The position numbers and the translations under genes were made by a program. Positions 21,090 through 34,524 of a stretch of 64,000 nucleotides of DNA are shown here, piece by piece; position 1 is the stretch's first letter, and each line of letters opens with the position of its first letter. The notes beneath the pieces were generated by a model. The model ran no database searches. It was not told where the DNA came from and was given only the letters and a program-made list of their open reading frames with translations. Source of the stretch: Paraphysomonas bandaiensis (Eukaryota; Protista; Chrysophyceae); the NCBI GenBank assembly GCA_965644295.1, contig CBFFRP010000107.1:29560-93559 (forward strand), written 5' to 3'.

Positions 21090-22538
21090 TCAGGCAAGAT
21101 CGGAAACAACGATTTCGTTGGTTAACTGTTTCGCTCCGGTGATCCCTTCTCCCTTCGCGTAAGAATGGTACTGCATCCACAATCCCAAAATGCGGAGAGA
21201 GAACTGTAGAAATGTAAACATGCAGGAGACGACCACTCCACCAGTCGCAGGGGAACTTGCTGATGTGGCAATAAAAAATATAAAACCCAATACTGAAAAT
21301 ATAACGTCTCTCTGAAGAGTCTTAGTGTCAAATTCCTTCACACGCATGTAACGCAGCTTCTCTATGAAGGCGAACATGCTGTAGAGTCCGTTTAGAACCA
21401 AAATCGGATGATTGGCCGTAAAGGAAAAAGATACAATCATACAAATGAAGGAAAAGAGGAATATCGTGTAGTAGGTAACTCTGTAATGATAAGACATATC
21501 TACCCTTATGTGAACACCTCCCGAGATAGCATCAAGCAGAAAAGTCGATAGGTCAGGTTCACGAGAGTGTAGTAGGTGCTGATATTTACTTAGCGGGTCA
21601 TAAGCCTCCAGTTTCAGGTTGCGAAGGAAGTTCTGCCTCTCCAGGCGATCTCGAACTTTTCGGTCCTCTATAGCTCCTGAGAGCTGGCAAATAAGATCAA
21701 TGCACTTCCGCGAGTCTTCGTCAGGAGACACCACAATCACTCCCTTGTGCTTCATCGTGTAGTCAGTGTCATCTGTGTACACCAAATGGATCGTGTGGAA
21801 TCGCTTTATGAACTTTTCTTCTATAACTGACTTGCTCACGGCCCTCTCCTTCTCTGAAAAAGGATCCAATATCACCGCCTCCTCGTCACGACTCGCGGAA
21901 TACGAGCTCTGAGATACTAACTTGTCGATTTCTCCCACTTGCATCGACTTTGCTGTCAAATTCCATTTCAACAGCCTTTCCTCGTGGCTTCCACATAGGA
22001 AGGAACATGATGGGCATATATTACATGAACAGCAATTGCACTTTATTGAACAGCATAATCCGCACGCCAGGTCCTCTTCCTTCTCATCATGATTCGTAGA
22101 GAACTTGTGCATGTCCACGCTATCATGAACCTGATGGTGCGCACTCAATAGGTCCTCAAGATTGAGAGAAATGAAGGCGCCATCGACGCTTCTGTGGTTC
22201 AGGTCCTCAACGTCGAATGTATATGTGCTCTTTTTCTTCTTTCCACAACACCATTCAATATCACAGAGCACTTGAAACATCCAGCTTTTCACGCTGTGAA
22301 AGAACTCTCTCGAATCAAAATTTCCAGACTCGTGCCTGCTGTAGAAAAACAACCTGTAGTGGTACTCTCCCTCTGCGGTAGGAATGGGCCTCCTTGTTAG
22401 GAAGAGTCTACCGTCGCCTTGTAGATCAGAATAACATTGGGGAGCATTGAGAAACCCAACACAATTAATGTAGGAAACAATTTCTTCTCCCATGCTTTTC
22501 AGAGTAATAAGTTCGTCCCCGAATCTAATTGACAACAT
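21090..22538 (-). CDS. Hypothetical membrane protein with Cys-rich segment and ~4 C-terminal TM helices
   Basis: 482-aa uninterrupted ORF; CGLCCSIKCNCCSCNICPSC segment; hydrophobic C-terminal stretches. No family recognised. Confidence 0.7.
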   Translation of the reverse strand: MLSIRFGDELITLKSMGEEIVSYINCVGFLNAPQCYSDLQGDGRLFLTRRPIPTAEGEYHYRLFFYSRHESGNFDSREFFHSVKSWMFQVLCDIEWCCGKKKKSTYTFDVEDLNHRSVDGAFISLNLEDLLSAHHQVHDSVDMHKFSTNHDEKEEDLACGLCCSIKCNCCSCNICPSCSFLCGSHEERLLKWNLTAKSMQVGEIDKLVSQSSYSASRDEEAVILDPFSEKERAVSKSVIEEKFIKRFHTIHLVYTDDTDYTMKHKGVIVVSPDEDSRKCIDLICQLSGAIEDRKVRDRLERQNFLRNLKLEAYDPLSKYQHLLHSREPDLSTFLLDAISGGVHIRVDMSYHYRVTYYTIFLFSFICMIVSFSFTANHPILVLNGLYSMFAFIEKLRYMRVKEFDTKTLQRDVIFSVLGFIFFIATSASSPATGGVVVSCMFTFLQFSLRILGLWMQYHSYAKGEGITGAKQLTNEIVVSDLA

Positions 22539-23866
22539 CGGTTACTAAATAAATATTGATGACATGCATAACACTCACTTGGTGATTGAATCTTCAATAA
22601 TTCCATCTTCCAAGCATGACATCTTCAAACGACATTCTTCAGCACATTTTTTGTCTAATTCTAAAATTCTTTCAACTCTACTTTCAGTAAGTTTTGAGGG
22701 AAGTTTAATCTTTTTAACTTCTCCAGACAATGCGGTCTGCTTTTGCAATACTGAGTGTTCCTTCAGGTAATTCTCATCAGGACTTCCATTTATAGCTGGA
22801 GAATATTCTTTATCTTTATAAGATTTTAACAAATCTGTGTACTCATTTTCATCCCAATCTTCTTCCAGTTGAAGCTGTACAGTTATTTTATCAATATCTT
22901 TCATCATGTTGAATAGAACTAGATCAGTGTGTTCAATCTTAAGCTGATTATGCAGACCTCTTGCTATCTTCTATTGCCCTTTCCCCTCTCTATCCTCCAT
23001 TACCCTCGATAGATGACCTGATCTAAAATTTATGTGTTCTGATTTACTAGTGAAGCAGTCGGAGCCAATGCTGGAGCTGAAGTACTAAGAAGGTATCTTT
23101 TTGTCCCCAGCCCCCTCTAGCACTCGCGTATCGGCATCCTTTGTATATTTTTGTTCAAATATGCCTCTAATATTGAGACAATAATTATCTTGACAATATG
23201 CCGTAGTTGTATTGCAGTAATGTAGATAATATTTGCTTCAATTAATTTCCGAAAAATAAGATGCTGACTGCCGATACGTCGAACCTATCTATAGCCTACT
23301 CACGATATATCGCGGTTCCTTATATAATACCCATACGGGTATACCGGTATAGGCTATATGGTAATACGATCGTAGTACGTTGACCATAAAAGCCCTGATA
23401 TTAGAAGAAAAGGTCGCTTTTCATTTCAAATACAGAGAGTTTGGGTAAGCAATTTTCCAATAAAAATCTTTCTGTCTGTACGTACAGCAGTATACTTCGT
23501 TTTCATATTACGTTGTACTGTGTACAGGTATCAATGTACTGTACTGTACAAGGCCTATACAACTGTATAGACCAGTTTTTTTCTGTGTTGGTTTCTACGC
23601 ATTGTGGTATATGTATGTAGAACCCAACACGTAGTTGTTCAGGTCTTCTTCTTCTTGTGACGGTGTTACTGTATGGAACTATAGCCAACTTAACGTGACG
23701 TGGATTGTACTGTATATACGAGAGGTGATAAACGAAGACTGTCCTCTGAACCACTCCTGTATATTCATATATGCGCTTGACAGTAATAACAGTCTATTAG
23801 TATGTATATTTCTGTCGTCTAACCAGACATTACTATACATACATATCTATATATTGTCGAAGAGAA

Positions 23867-24858
23867 ATGGGATCAGGAGTGAGCAGAGGTCGTAATCAAC
23901 GATCCACTAGAATACAAGTATCAAGAAATTCGACTTCTAGTGTATCACAAGCTGTGGAATCGACATCATCAGCAGTGCAGTCTCAGAGCAGTCATCCGGT
24001 GGCATCGAATGACAGGTTTACTCCCAACAGAAGAAGGTACGTATATGTTTATATTTCTTATAGTTGTAATTGTTGGGTGATGTGATTGCAGTAGTGAGAA
24101 CTTTCAGCCATGTATTGATAGCAATGATTCGTCGCCGGATAGAGAAGAAGCCAATATGCGTGCTCATATGGCTCAGTCGGCGATGTCCCTTGAAATGGAT
24201 AACGACGATCTCATATTTAATATGTTATACTTTGGACAGTCGGGCGCAAGTATTCAGTCCATGTTTAACACTGCCCTGGAAGAGACACTTGCTGCTCACT
24301 CGACTGAAAATACGTATGTTTTTGAAATCCATATTGTTGAATGAATGAATGAATGATTTTGTATGAGTAGGCCGTACAAGCTGCAGCCGGCAACAGAAGA
24401 GGCACTTGGACGACTGCGGGTAATGATTATGAATGATGATGTGGAGGTGGACGAGAAGGAATGTGCAATATGTCAGGAGGATATGGAAGTGGGGAACGAA
24501 ATCGTTTTTATGCCGGCCTGTGATCACGGGTTTCACAACGAGTGCATGCAGCGATGGCTCAAATTGGTGCGTGCTTCGAACAATATATTGCTGTATTTAA
24601 AACTAGTTTACGTATAATTAGCAAAATTGGTGTCCAGTATGCCGGTCACAGATCGTGAAGGCGGAGACACTGGAGTCGCTTGAGACAGCCAAAGTTAATC
24701 TTAGTGCCCAGTTCCTGAGTATATCTGGGGATGAGGAAAAGAACGATCACGATGAACGAGGGTTGCGATCGGACAGGTCCGTCGAGGGACTCTTGGCGAG
24801 ACAAATAGTTGATAGAGTTCTGGATTCGGCCGTCACGAGCTCTCCTATGAACCTTTGA
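23867..24858 (+). CDS. RING-H2 E3 ubiquitin ligase, probably N-myristoylated; multi-exon
   Basis: MGSGVS start; CAICQED..MPACDHGFHNECMQRWLKL (intron) QNWCPVCR. Confidence 0.85.
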
Positions 24859-25741
24859 GTGAAAAAATCTTTTGTGATTTAGATTTCAACTATCCTCGTA
24901 TTGCTACCACGTATACTTTATGAACTACGATATTCAGTAGTTTTGTATTATGTTCTTTTCGGTTGTATTTTTGTTTTTATGAATAGCACTGCCTTGCGTG
25001 ATACTTTTTCAAATGTCTTGTTTTGCCGATGTATACATCTACCGCGATGTAGATATAATACCATATATGAATCTTTGATATTTTGGTGTACTGTTTATGC
25101 AACTTTTGTATCTATAATATGAACTCATTCAAATTCAGTACGTAGTAATTTATTTTTGTTTGGTATTTTGCAGCGTTATGTCGAATTGAATTGTCAGGAT
25201 GTTGCGTCAAGACACTTTGGACATCCAAATGCTGAAACTCCATTCACATGATTCATAATTAATCTAGGGAGTACTTTACGAAGTTTATTTGTGTATTTTC
25301 TACATGCCACTAACGTAGTTGCGGCTTAAATTGCCTAGATGACACTCTACTTATACTCTACTACTACCAACCAATATTGTTTCGACCTTGATAGGGGCGA
25401 TCTTATACAGTATACAGTCAATTTTATTTAGTTGGGCTACGCTACTTCATAGCATATCATCATATTTGTATAAGACTGTCTGCTGTCTTTACATGCCGTA
25501 TTCTACAAGAAACAGCTATAATTCAAGACCTTAGAAATACAGCAATAATCCAGTTGATGGACTTTCAAATGAATGCTGCTGAATAATTAGTCGAACTGCA
25601 ATACTTTTTATTTTATTCAGCTCTACCACATATATTGTAATCGAAGCAAGTCTTGCCTTGTGTTTCTTCACTAATCTATTCTTGTTATACTAATATCAAG
25701 GACGAACTCCAGATGGAGTCTCCACTACCTTCCGCTTGTCG

Positions 25742-25991
25742 CTTGTGTTGACGTCTTTGGGACTTGACGAATAAACAGCCATCCGGGCTATTGGGCTGTC
25801 TGCTGAAGTCAAGCATCCCGTCTGTTCACCTTAAGGGGTCAAAATCCTTAAGTCAGCAGATGTCAGGTATATCAGAATTCTGCTTGCTCACGACGTTTGC
25901 TTTGAGTGATTGAGCGAAAGTGATTACACCTTGGTGCTTGCGGTAACGCACAAGCAGCTTTCGTATCGTTACATAGTAGGATATCAGAGTT
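25742..25991 (+). repeat. Family X copy
   Basis: Shares GACGTCTTTGGG, CTGCTGAAGTCAAGCATCC, CAGATGTCAGGTATATCA and the CGAAAG..CTTTCG stem with the other copies. Confidence 0.85.
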
Positions 25992-26340
25992 CAACGCCTA
26001 TTGCTAATAGATATTAACAACTAACACGCAGACATCTGCCACAGCCTCACTAGACCTCTGTATTCTACGAATCAAGTATACACCAAGCAAAACTTCGAAA
26101 TGAAAACATATTGTTTTTTTTTTATCCTATTATCTGCTATATGTAACTATTCACTATTCTACGGGTCTGTTCATGTCAGCCTTGTGCTCGATGTATAACA
26201 ATAAAATTATGAATGATTCATAAGATCGGTAAGAACAATTTCAGATGAACTTTTGATGCAAGAAGTCCATAAGTGCAAGCAAGGTATGCTTATCTTACGG
26301 TTGTAAGGTAATTTCATAAGTTAATCACTGTTCTAATACA

Positions 26341-28297
26341 TTACGACGGAATCCATTTCGAATAGAAATCGTTTCCTTTGTCATCCACAACTATAAATGC
26401 CGGGAAATCTACGACTTCGATTTTCCAAACAGCCTCCATTCCAAGTTCTGGGTATTCTAAGACTTCAACTTTCTTGATAGATTTCTCAGCTAATATAGCA
26501 GCAGGACCTCCAATTGACCCCAAGTAGAAGCCCCCGTACTTCTTACAGGCTTGCGTAACAGCCTTGGACCTGCACACATCATTATTAGTGCACGCTAGAA
26601 ATAGTACGGTAATATCCACCTGTTCCCCTTCGCAAGGGTGATAAAACTCCCTCCAGCTTGCATGAACTTGTCCACGTACGCGTCCATACGCCCTGCAGTG
26701 GTGGGACCGAAAGATCCTGACGCATATCCCTCAGGCGTTTTCGCTGGCCCAGCGTAATACACCATGTGGTCCTTCATGTACTGCGGCATACCCTCTCCAC
26801 TGTCTACGCGCTCCAGTATCTTAGCATGTGCCTGGTCACGAGCCACAACTAAGGTACCAGTGAGGTTGAGACGAGTTGTTACAGGAAATTGGGAGAGCTT
26901 TTCGCGCAGAGCGGCCATAGGCATATTTATGTCTAAAGAAACAGCATCCCCTTTAGAAACATCATCTTCCTGGACCTCCGGGAGGTATTTCCCCACATCA
27001 CGCTCTAGTTCTTCAAGGAACACTCCTTCCGAAGTAATCTTTCCCTTTATTTGTCTGTCGGCAGAGCAAGATACCCCCAGCCCAACTGGGCAAGATGCTC
27101 CATGCCGCGGCAATCGCACAACCCGCACGTCGTGGCAGAAGTACTTCCCGCCAAATTGTGCGCCGATGCCCATCTTCTGTGTTAGTTCAAGAACACGCTG
27201 CTCAAGTTCTAAATCGCGAAAGGCTCGTCCATGCTCATTACCAGTGGTTGGGAGCTCATCGTAATACTTAGTAGATGCCTAACACAAAGATAATGAGAAG
27301 AACACAGAAAAAAATATATGTGTACCATTTTTACGGTCTTCAGATTCATCTCAGCAGAGAGACCACCAATGACGATAGCGAGGTGATAGGGAGGACAAGC
27401 GGAAGTACCAATGCTCTTAATCTTTTCTTCCAGAAAATCCATGACCGTATCAGTGTTGCGAAGAAGTGCTTTCGTCTGCTGATAAAAAAACGTCTTGTTT
27501 GCGGAACCACCACCTTTGGCAATGAAAAGGAATTTGTAGGCCTCTCCTGCAGCCGCATATAGCTCGATCTGAGCAGGAAGGTTTGTACGAGTGTTCACCT
27601 CATCGAACATATTGAGAGGTGCCAACTGTGAGTATCTAAGGTTTGTCTTCGTGTAGGTGTCGTAGACTCCTTTCGATAGATGCGCCTCGTCCTGACCATC
27701 AGTCAGAACGTATTGGCCACGTTTACCACTGATAATTGCAGTCCCAGTGTCTTGGCATCCAGGAAGAATAAAGTTAGATGCAATATTTGCATTCTTGAGA
27801 AGTGTCATTGCAACGAATTTGTCGTTGTCTGTTGCCTCAGGATCCTACAAACAGTTACACATAGAAGATAAAGAAGAAAGTGTTAAATACCTTGGTAATA
27901 TTAGACAGCTGCTGCAAATGACCAGGCCGAAGCAAGTGTGCAATGTCTCTCTATATACAAATCAGCATGGATAGCACATACAAGATATATCCGAACCATA
28001 GCAGTGGAAGCCAATAGAGTTAACGCTTCCGGCTCAACTTTAAGAAATTTCATTCCATTTGCCTGAAATTCATAACGAAAACCACGTTAAATATATACCT
28101 GAGAGAAATATGTGCATTACTTCAATCGTGCTGACATGATCACTAGTCAGTTTGCGGTAAGGTGTGTTGTCCTCACTGAGATCGAACAGCTCCTGATAGT
28201 GAAAGGGTTTGTTTGCACTAGAGGATGCAAGCCGAGGGGAAATGCAGGAACGAATACTAACCGCAGAGCGGCGAAGGAGTGATTTACTGCACAGCAT
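26341..28297 (-). CDS. Class I (Fe-S) fumarate hydratase, likely mitochondrial; multi-exon
   Basis: [42 protein letters not shown] and [10 protein letters not shown] motifs; Arg/Ser-rich presequence [17 protein letters not shown]. Confidence 0.95.
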
Positions 28298-28703
28298 TCT
28301 CGTTCTTCCGATACTTAATATTGAATTGCAAATAAGAGCCACAAGATGATATATGCATGTATGTATGCACAACTGTATGGTATACTGTGTACCTGTAGAG
28401 GTGGTTGTACCCACACAACTGCCACGTATATACACAAACCAGCAACATATCTAGAAATTTTCGTTTTTTCGAAGGGTTTTATAGAAAATCGGTCAAATTA
28501 TGTCAACTGTAAAGAGTTTTTGAGAAAACTATCCCTTTTGATATAACTAGATTTCAAAAAATAGTGAAAAAATATCGACCCACAGCGAATCTTCCCAACA
28601 CTTACTTTGGCGCTGTGTGACTGGCGGTGTCTGTGTGTATGAAGGTGTATCTTGCTTCCATACAGTCATATATGTGTGAGTCATATCTGTCAGGATATTT
28701 ACA

Positions 28704-29876
28704 ATGACGGAGAAAAAGAGAGCTAGAGATTATGGCATTCCATTGCGTGGTATTCCCGGTGAACACAACAACATTACTGATGTCCCTGGTGTTGAGGTGG
28801 GCTACAGTACTCTGAGTGGATATTCAGCTGATGTTAATACGGGTGTCACTTCTATATTTTGTCGTGGTTCCCATCGTCCATGCATCCCTTGCAGTGCGGG
28901 GATATTTTCACTCAATGGTAACGGTGAACTAACAGGCAGTCATTGGGTAGAGGAACGGGGTGCTGTATCCACCCCTATTGTGCTGACAAATACTCTTGCT
29001 GTAGGAACATGTCATAGGGCGCTAATTGACTGGATAAATACGAACTATCCCGATGCGGGGGGGTTATGGATGCTTCCTGTAGTGGCTGAAACATTTGATG
29101 GGTATCTCTCTGATATTCGTGGGAATCATATTACACCTGAACACGTTTATGAATCTCTCCGTACAGCTCGCGGTAATTGTCGTATTGAGGAAGGTGGTGT
29201 AGGAGGTGGATGTGGAATGACCTCGTATGGCTATCGAGCCGGTAGTGGTTCTTCTTCCCGAGTAGTGCCTTACGGAACCGAAACATATCACGTTGGAGTC
29301 TTTGTTCAAGCTAATTTCGGTAAGCGGCACCAGTTGACAATAGCAGGCATCCATATAGGTGACGCCTTATCCGATGATAACCCAATGGGTGCACCCAGTT
29401 CGACAGACACGTCATGCACAGTTGAGGGGGCTGGGTCAATTATAGTTATCGTGGCTACGGATGCTCCGATGCTTCCAGGGCAGTGCAAGGCGCTTGCTCG
29501 ACGGGTCAGCATGGGTATTGCTCGCACAGGATCATCGTGCAGTCACTTCTCTGGTGATATATTTTTGGCATTTTCTACTGCCAATGATGGGGCACTTACG
29601 AGCGAACCCCCACCATCTAAATCAGATCCTGCGAATGAAACACTAGAGACTCTTCAGTACATTCCGTGGGGACGTATGGATAGATTTTATGAAGCAGTCG
29701 TGCATGCAACGGAGGAGGCAATTATTAATGCACTCTTTGCTGGAGAAGAAACTGTGGGGTTTAAAGGGCATAGAGTGCCTGGATTACCGATAGAAAAAGT
29801 TGTTGACATTTTGCAACAAAAAATGTTCTGGTTTAATGACATCTATATTCTGCCATTAAGAAATTGCCCGGAGTAG
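28704..29876 (+). CDS. dmpA: DmpA-family (peptidase S58/P1) L-aminopeptidase/D-esterase
   Basis: NNITDVPGVEVG, NGNGELTG, LPVVAETFDG, VQANFG, autoproteolytic G/SIIVIVATDAP, SGDIFLAFST and ATEEAIINAL; intronless, 390 aa. Confidence 0.92.
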   Translation: MTEKKRARDYGIPLRGIPGEHNNITDVPGVEVGYSTLSGYSADVNTGVTSIFCRGSHRPCIPCSAGIFSLNGNGELTGSHWVEERGAVSTPIVLTNTLAVGTCHRALIDWINTNYPDAGGLWMLPVVAETFDGYLSDIRGNHITPEHVYESLRTARGNCRIEEGGVGGGCGMTSYGYRAGSGSSSRVVPYGTETYHVGVFVQANFGKRHQLTIAGIHIGDALSDDNPMGAPSSTDTSCTVEGAGSIIVIVATDAPMLPGQCKALARRVSMGIARTGSSCSHFSGDIFLAFSTANDGALTSEPPPSKSDPANETLETLQYIPWGRMDRFYEAVVHATEEAIINALFAGEETVGFKGHRVPGLPIEKVVDILQQKMFWFNDIYILPLRNCPE

Positions 29877-31138
29877 CTTTAGATTTATGATACACTCTTA
29901 AATTGAGTTTAATATCTACCACTCATGTGGCATTTTTATAGGGCTGAAATATATAAGTAAAGTAAGATTCAAATGATGTGCTTTAATGAAATCGATTCCT
30001 GTTGTGGAAGTAATACATGCATTGTTTTGGTGCCAAGATACATAGTATCTTACTTTGCGTAGTGCGTAGTACTAACCTATGTTATTAAACAACGGTTCGT
30101 CGTGGTACATACATCATACACCCCAATGATAACCACATATACTATTTAATATTATTGTATATCATATATCATTACATAACTCACTCAATGAGTGTCTTTC
30201 ATAAAATATGGATGATAATGAGACACTGATAATTACCAATGAATTAATGATTAACAACTAATAGACAAAATTGACACTGGAAACATGCAAATGTAGTGGT
30301 ACTGTTCATTATATAATAGTACCGGAAAGGTGCACGTTCGGCTATACCACAAAAAACATGACCAATGTCTAATATATGTTGGTTATCAGCATGCTACACC
30401 TAGAAGCGCTACTCTATAGTCACTGTTTCCTTGCACGAAGCAATATGGAAGTCTTTATCAATAACATACATCATTGGCTTCAGATACAAATTCACAGCAC
30501 TCCACTCAACGAGGCACAATTGAGACACTTGTTGTAAAGGTTTCATTAAATACGCAACCTGAACAGCTACCTGAACACAATACGAAGCACTTATTGTCAC
30601 ATTCATCGAGAGTGTTTCTGCGGTAGAGGGGCATATCTTCCGTTTTGTACGAGTGAGCTCATAGACAGAGGGGTAATATGCCCCTATCAAACTAAGGTAT
30701 AATGATAGAATAGAGTACAGATATATCACCAGCCCCTATCATACACTCACTCCTCTCTTAGTTTTCCTTTACCCATATCCTCTATATCATATAGCTGCAA
30801 TACACTGCTCTGTGCATGTACAGAGTGCATAGCTCTGCCATAGCTACTAAGCGATACTGTCGTGTGCTGTATACACATACATACACATGGAACGACCAGC
30901 CATGTAGAGATCTGATTGGTCGCTCAGTCAGATTTCAACCAATCGTTCACATGATCACACCAAATAGAAAAAAATATCGGTCCAAAAACACCCCCCACAG
31001 CAGTGCTCCAGTGGTCTGAGGATCACATATACTTCTAGACTGTTGCAGTGACCAGTGGTGGGGCATGCCATAGATATCACGGAAATAACCAGATGTGTGG
31101 CTACTCAAAACAGTAAACATCATCTTAAGGAAGATAGT

Positions 31139-31917
31139 ATGTCCCAATATGTTATTCATTGTATCCTTCCTTATGCTAGAAAATGCAAAATCGTCAATGG
31201 CAGTGTTGTGATTGCAGACAAATCGGACACATTGCAGGGAACAGTAACTGACCGTACAACGAAAGTGAAAGTGATATTAGAAGATAAATCTGTGCAACTC
31301 TTAGATTTTGAATCACTTGGAGAGAAATTTGGATTTGAGTACTCTACGTACTTGCAATGTCTGCATGAATCGGTGTTTCGCAATATTTTATATTGGGGCT
31401 TGGATTCAAGTGCATGCGTTCCTTCAGCAGAAGATGCTGGTTATAGTAGTAATATTCAGCGAGGATACGTATCCGAAAATGTCTCTGTTCGATATGTGGG
31501 GCTCGTAGGAGATGTTGATGTGGGTTATGGCTTGTTTGCTGACAGCGCTCTCTCAGCAGGTTACATGGTTGGCGAATATGTAGGCGTGTTAATGGAGAAT
31601 TCTTCAGCAATATCGTCTGCGTATTGTTTAAATTATCCTTCCGCGAATAATGGTTACATCATTAATGCGAATGAAATCGGGAACTTGATACGATTTGTAA
31701 ATCATTCAGACTCACCAAATGCCCAATTCCAGCCGTATGTATACGACGATATGGTTCATGTTGTTTGTGTAAGTGTCTTGGTTAGATTTATTTATGTTGT
31801 TCTTATGTTACATGCCAGGTATGTGTTAGAAAGGTTGAGCCAGATGAACAAATTACCGTGAGCTATGGTAAAGCATATTGGGCTGCTCAAAATTATAATC
31901 CTGTGGCTATATCATGA
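31139..31917 (+). CDS. Small SET-domain lysine methyltransferase; 2 exons
   Basis: GYGLFA..GEYVG and RFVNHS, then after a short intron (~31769-31818) EQITVSYGKAYW; stop at 31915-31917. Confidence 0.85.
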
Positions 31918-32089
31918 TAAGATAGATAACTCTAACATTTCTCGTTTGGACGTATGTAATATTTTGTGGCTGTGGTTTTCTTAAATGTAACACTACTAAG
32001 TGGATATTGATTGTTCAAGATATCTCGTTTTAGACACTTCATTTCTTGATACGATATCTACTATCTACCATTTAATAATAGATATACTA

Positions 32090-32450
32090 GTAACCAATAA
32101 TGGTCATGGCATCAATGGACATTAATTGTAATGCTATTATCAATGCCGGGACATGTTTCATTAATGGCATTATAATTGCCGGGAACTGGGCAGCCATTAA
32201 TGAAAAAATGAAAACACCTGAGCGTAGAAACATGAATCCAATTACATTCCTATTGCTACAAGACAATCATACGATGTGGGATGCTAATATCTCATACTCT
32301 CCATATGAAGCCTTGCAAGAAAATCCTGATGTGTTAGTGGAGGGAGCGTAGTTACGATTCGTAGTCCGGAATATAACTTTATTAGTAATTAATAAGCAGG
32401 ACACTATCTATTTTCAGCGATAGTATCTAGTGTCTAGTTAGGTATTATTA
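32090..32450 (-). mobile_element. Older MITE-sized derivative of the hAT family
   Basis: ATGAAGCCTTGCAAGAAAATCCTGATGTGTTAG and ATAATTGCCGGGAAC/ATTAATGG blocks match the reverse complement of both ends of 19271-20194. Termini are eroded. Confidence 0.7.
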
Positions 32451-32749
32451 GTGAATGTTTGATTATTAGCAATTAGCAGTTGGCGTAGAACTAATGCAGC
32501 AAAACAATTTAACTAACTAGTGCTTAACTCTGATATTTGGCGCCACCAAAACTGCTTGCGCGTGCACATGCAAGGAGAAATATGAGTAAGAGCACAGTAC
32601 AACATTACCGCTATTTAACATATTAATATCTTTCCCACGTTATTTATTATAATCGTTTTAAATTGTTTCAGTATATAGCTGTTTCTGCAATGAAAGAGTT
32701 GGGATATTCAACACCAATATTCTTCTTTGCAACACTAATAGCAACATGT

Positions 32750-33807
32750 CTAGTCTGCCTTTTTCCCATTAGTTTTCTCTGTCGCTGAACTAGAATCCCC
32801 AGTCTTCTTTTTGTTTTTGCTATACTTGTTGTGTAGCTCTAGCAGAAGTCCTGAAAACACCATCGTGACACCAGCCCACTGCATATTAGTCAGCTGGTGC
32901 CCGAAGGAGAAGACTGACACCAAAATAGTGAAAAACTTCCTAGTCGTTGTAATAGTTGCTAACGTAAGTGCATCGAAATTCGATATCGTATAAAATATGA
33001 AGTTTTGCCCAGCAGCAGATGTGAGAGAGGCTGTGGCGATAAAGTAGATTACATCCGGATTAGTCATACAGTAACCCACGCCCATTGCAAACTGCCCTGT
33101 CACTAAGACCAAAACTGTCAGGAGAGCAACAGCCCAAAGATTCAAGTAAAACATTAACTCGTGTGTTGTGAGACGATATTTATCCTGTAGCTTGTCTTGG
33201 GATGCTCCTGTAACACCATCTAGCACTAAGGACAAAAACAACAGAGCCAAGCCGTAGATCGAGTTTTCACCTCCAGATTTTCCTTGTTGAAAGATATTTA
33301 TTCCTCCAGTAATAAGCAGAACAGCAACTGTCTCTAATAAAGAGTATCGCTGTATACAGATCATGATCAGCATCATGCTCTGTTTGTATACAAAATAACA
33401 TCACATACCTTGCCGCGAATGAGGAATCCAAAGAGCATCACGGGAATCATCTTGCAGGATTTACCTAATGCCTGAGTTGGATACGAAAGATATTTCAATG
33501 CTTCGTTGGAAAAGAGCATGGCGCAGATATAGCTAAGCCCACAGGTGACGTACGATGAAGCTGGAGGTGAGTTCTTTGAGGAACCAAATATGAGCATTGC
33601 AACACCGGAGATAGCAACATTTGTAACACACTGTATTAGTAAAAAGAAAAAGGTAGCAACAAATTTTTCGCCCTTTGGAGAAGTGTAGCCGTAGAGGGAT
33701 TCTTGGCATATACCGTAGGCAATGTAACACGAGTAAATACCACCTACTGCGAGAAGAAGCTTTAGTTCAGGCGGCCATTCCCGCTGTTTTTCTGTTGCAG
33801 TACTCAT
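32750..33807 (-). CDS. SLC35B1: SLC35B1-like UAA nucleotide-sugar/ATP transporter; 2 exons
   Basis: SNEALKYLSYPTQALGKSCKMIPVM, DGVTGASQD, TITTTRKFFTIL and a C-terminal KKxx ER-retrieval signal (KKAD). Confidence 0.9.
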
Positions 33808-34524
33808 AGTAACAATAGCGTCAAAATAAGTTGAAGAGAGTAACAATGAATAGACACAGCTGTGTAGAGAGAGAACAATGCAAAGATGTAGCAGTCAAAG
33901 CTCTACGAGTATGCAACACCGCAAAATGCCACAAACAAACTATCGCATTATGGCACTCAACTGCTCTAGAATACACATATTTAGCAGTATACGTGCATAT
34001 ACGGACTGTATAACTACCTGTCCACGTGTCAATTCTACTGTGAAACAATATATATACAGTAGACTACAGAGTGTATACATACAACTCCATAGACGGCAGC
34101 ACAGTAGACTACTACGTAGGAATACCGCTGTATATCATGGATAATTGTTCCAGAATCCACTCACTAACCACAACACCACGAGCAGCAGACCAAAGATAGT
34201 GCCGTGATAGTTATGTATGTATGGTATACAGTGTGATGGTAGCTACTACAGCAGTGGAATATGAGGTGCAGATCCTGTGAGTGATATCTGCCCGCCTGAT
34301 ATACATACACAACAATAGTAATCAGTAAGAGAGGCTTGTGGGACTGCAGTGATCAAGATCAATGTCGATTGCTTTGATCTATCATTAACACTGTGCTCAG
34401 TAGTTAGAGATCTGCTCATATACATATACACACACTGCTTCTCATATCACACCTCACATATACAGTATAAACACAGCACATCAATAACTCGCATCACATC
34501 ATTCTCAGAAAAAATATATCTTTA

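Noticed and set aside
22575-23170. 110-aa acidic ORF and upstream coding-like sequence
   Set aside because: Interrupted by stops upstream and no recognisable motif; may be a decayed gene but cannot be supported.
31139-31917. Host SET gene as donor of the LINE SET domain
   Set aside because: Only generic SET motifs are shared (NHS vs NDP) and no close sequence similarity is visible.
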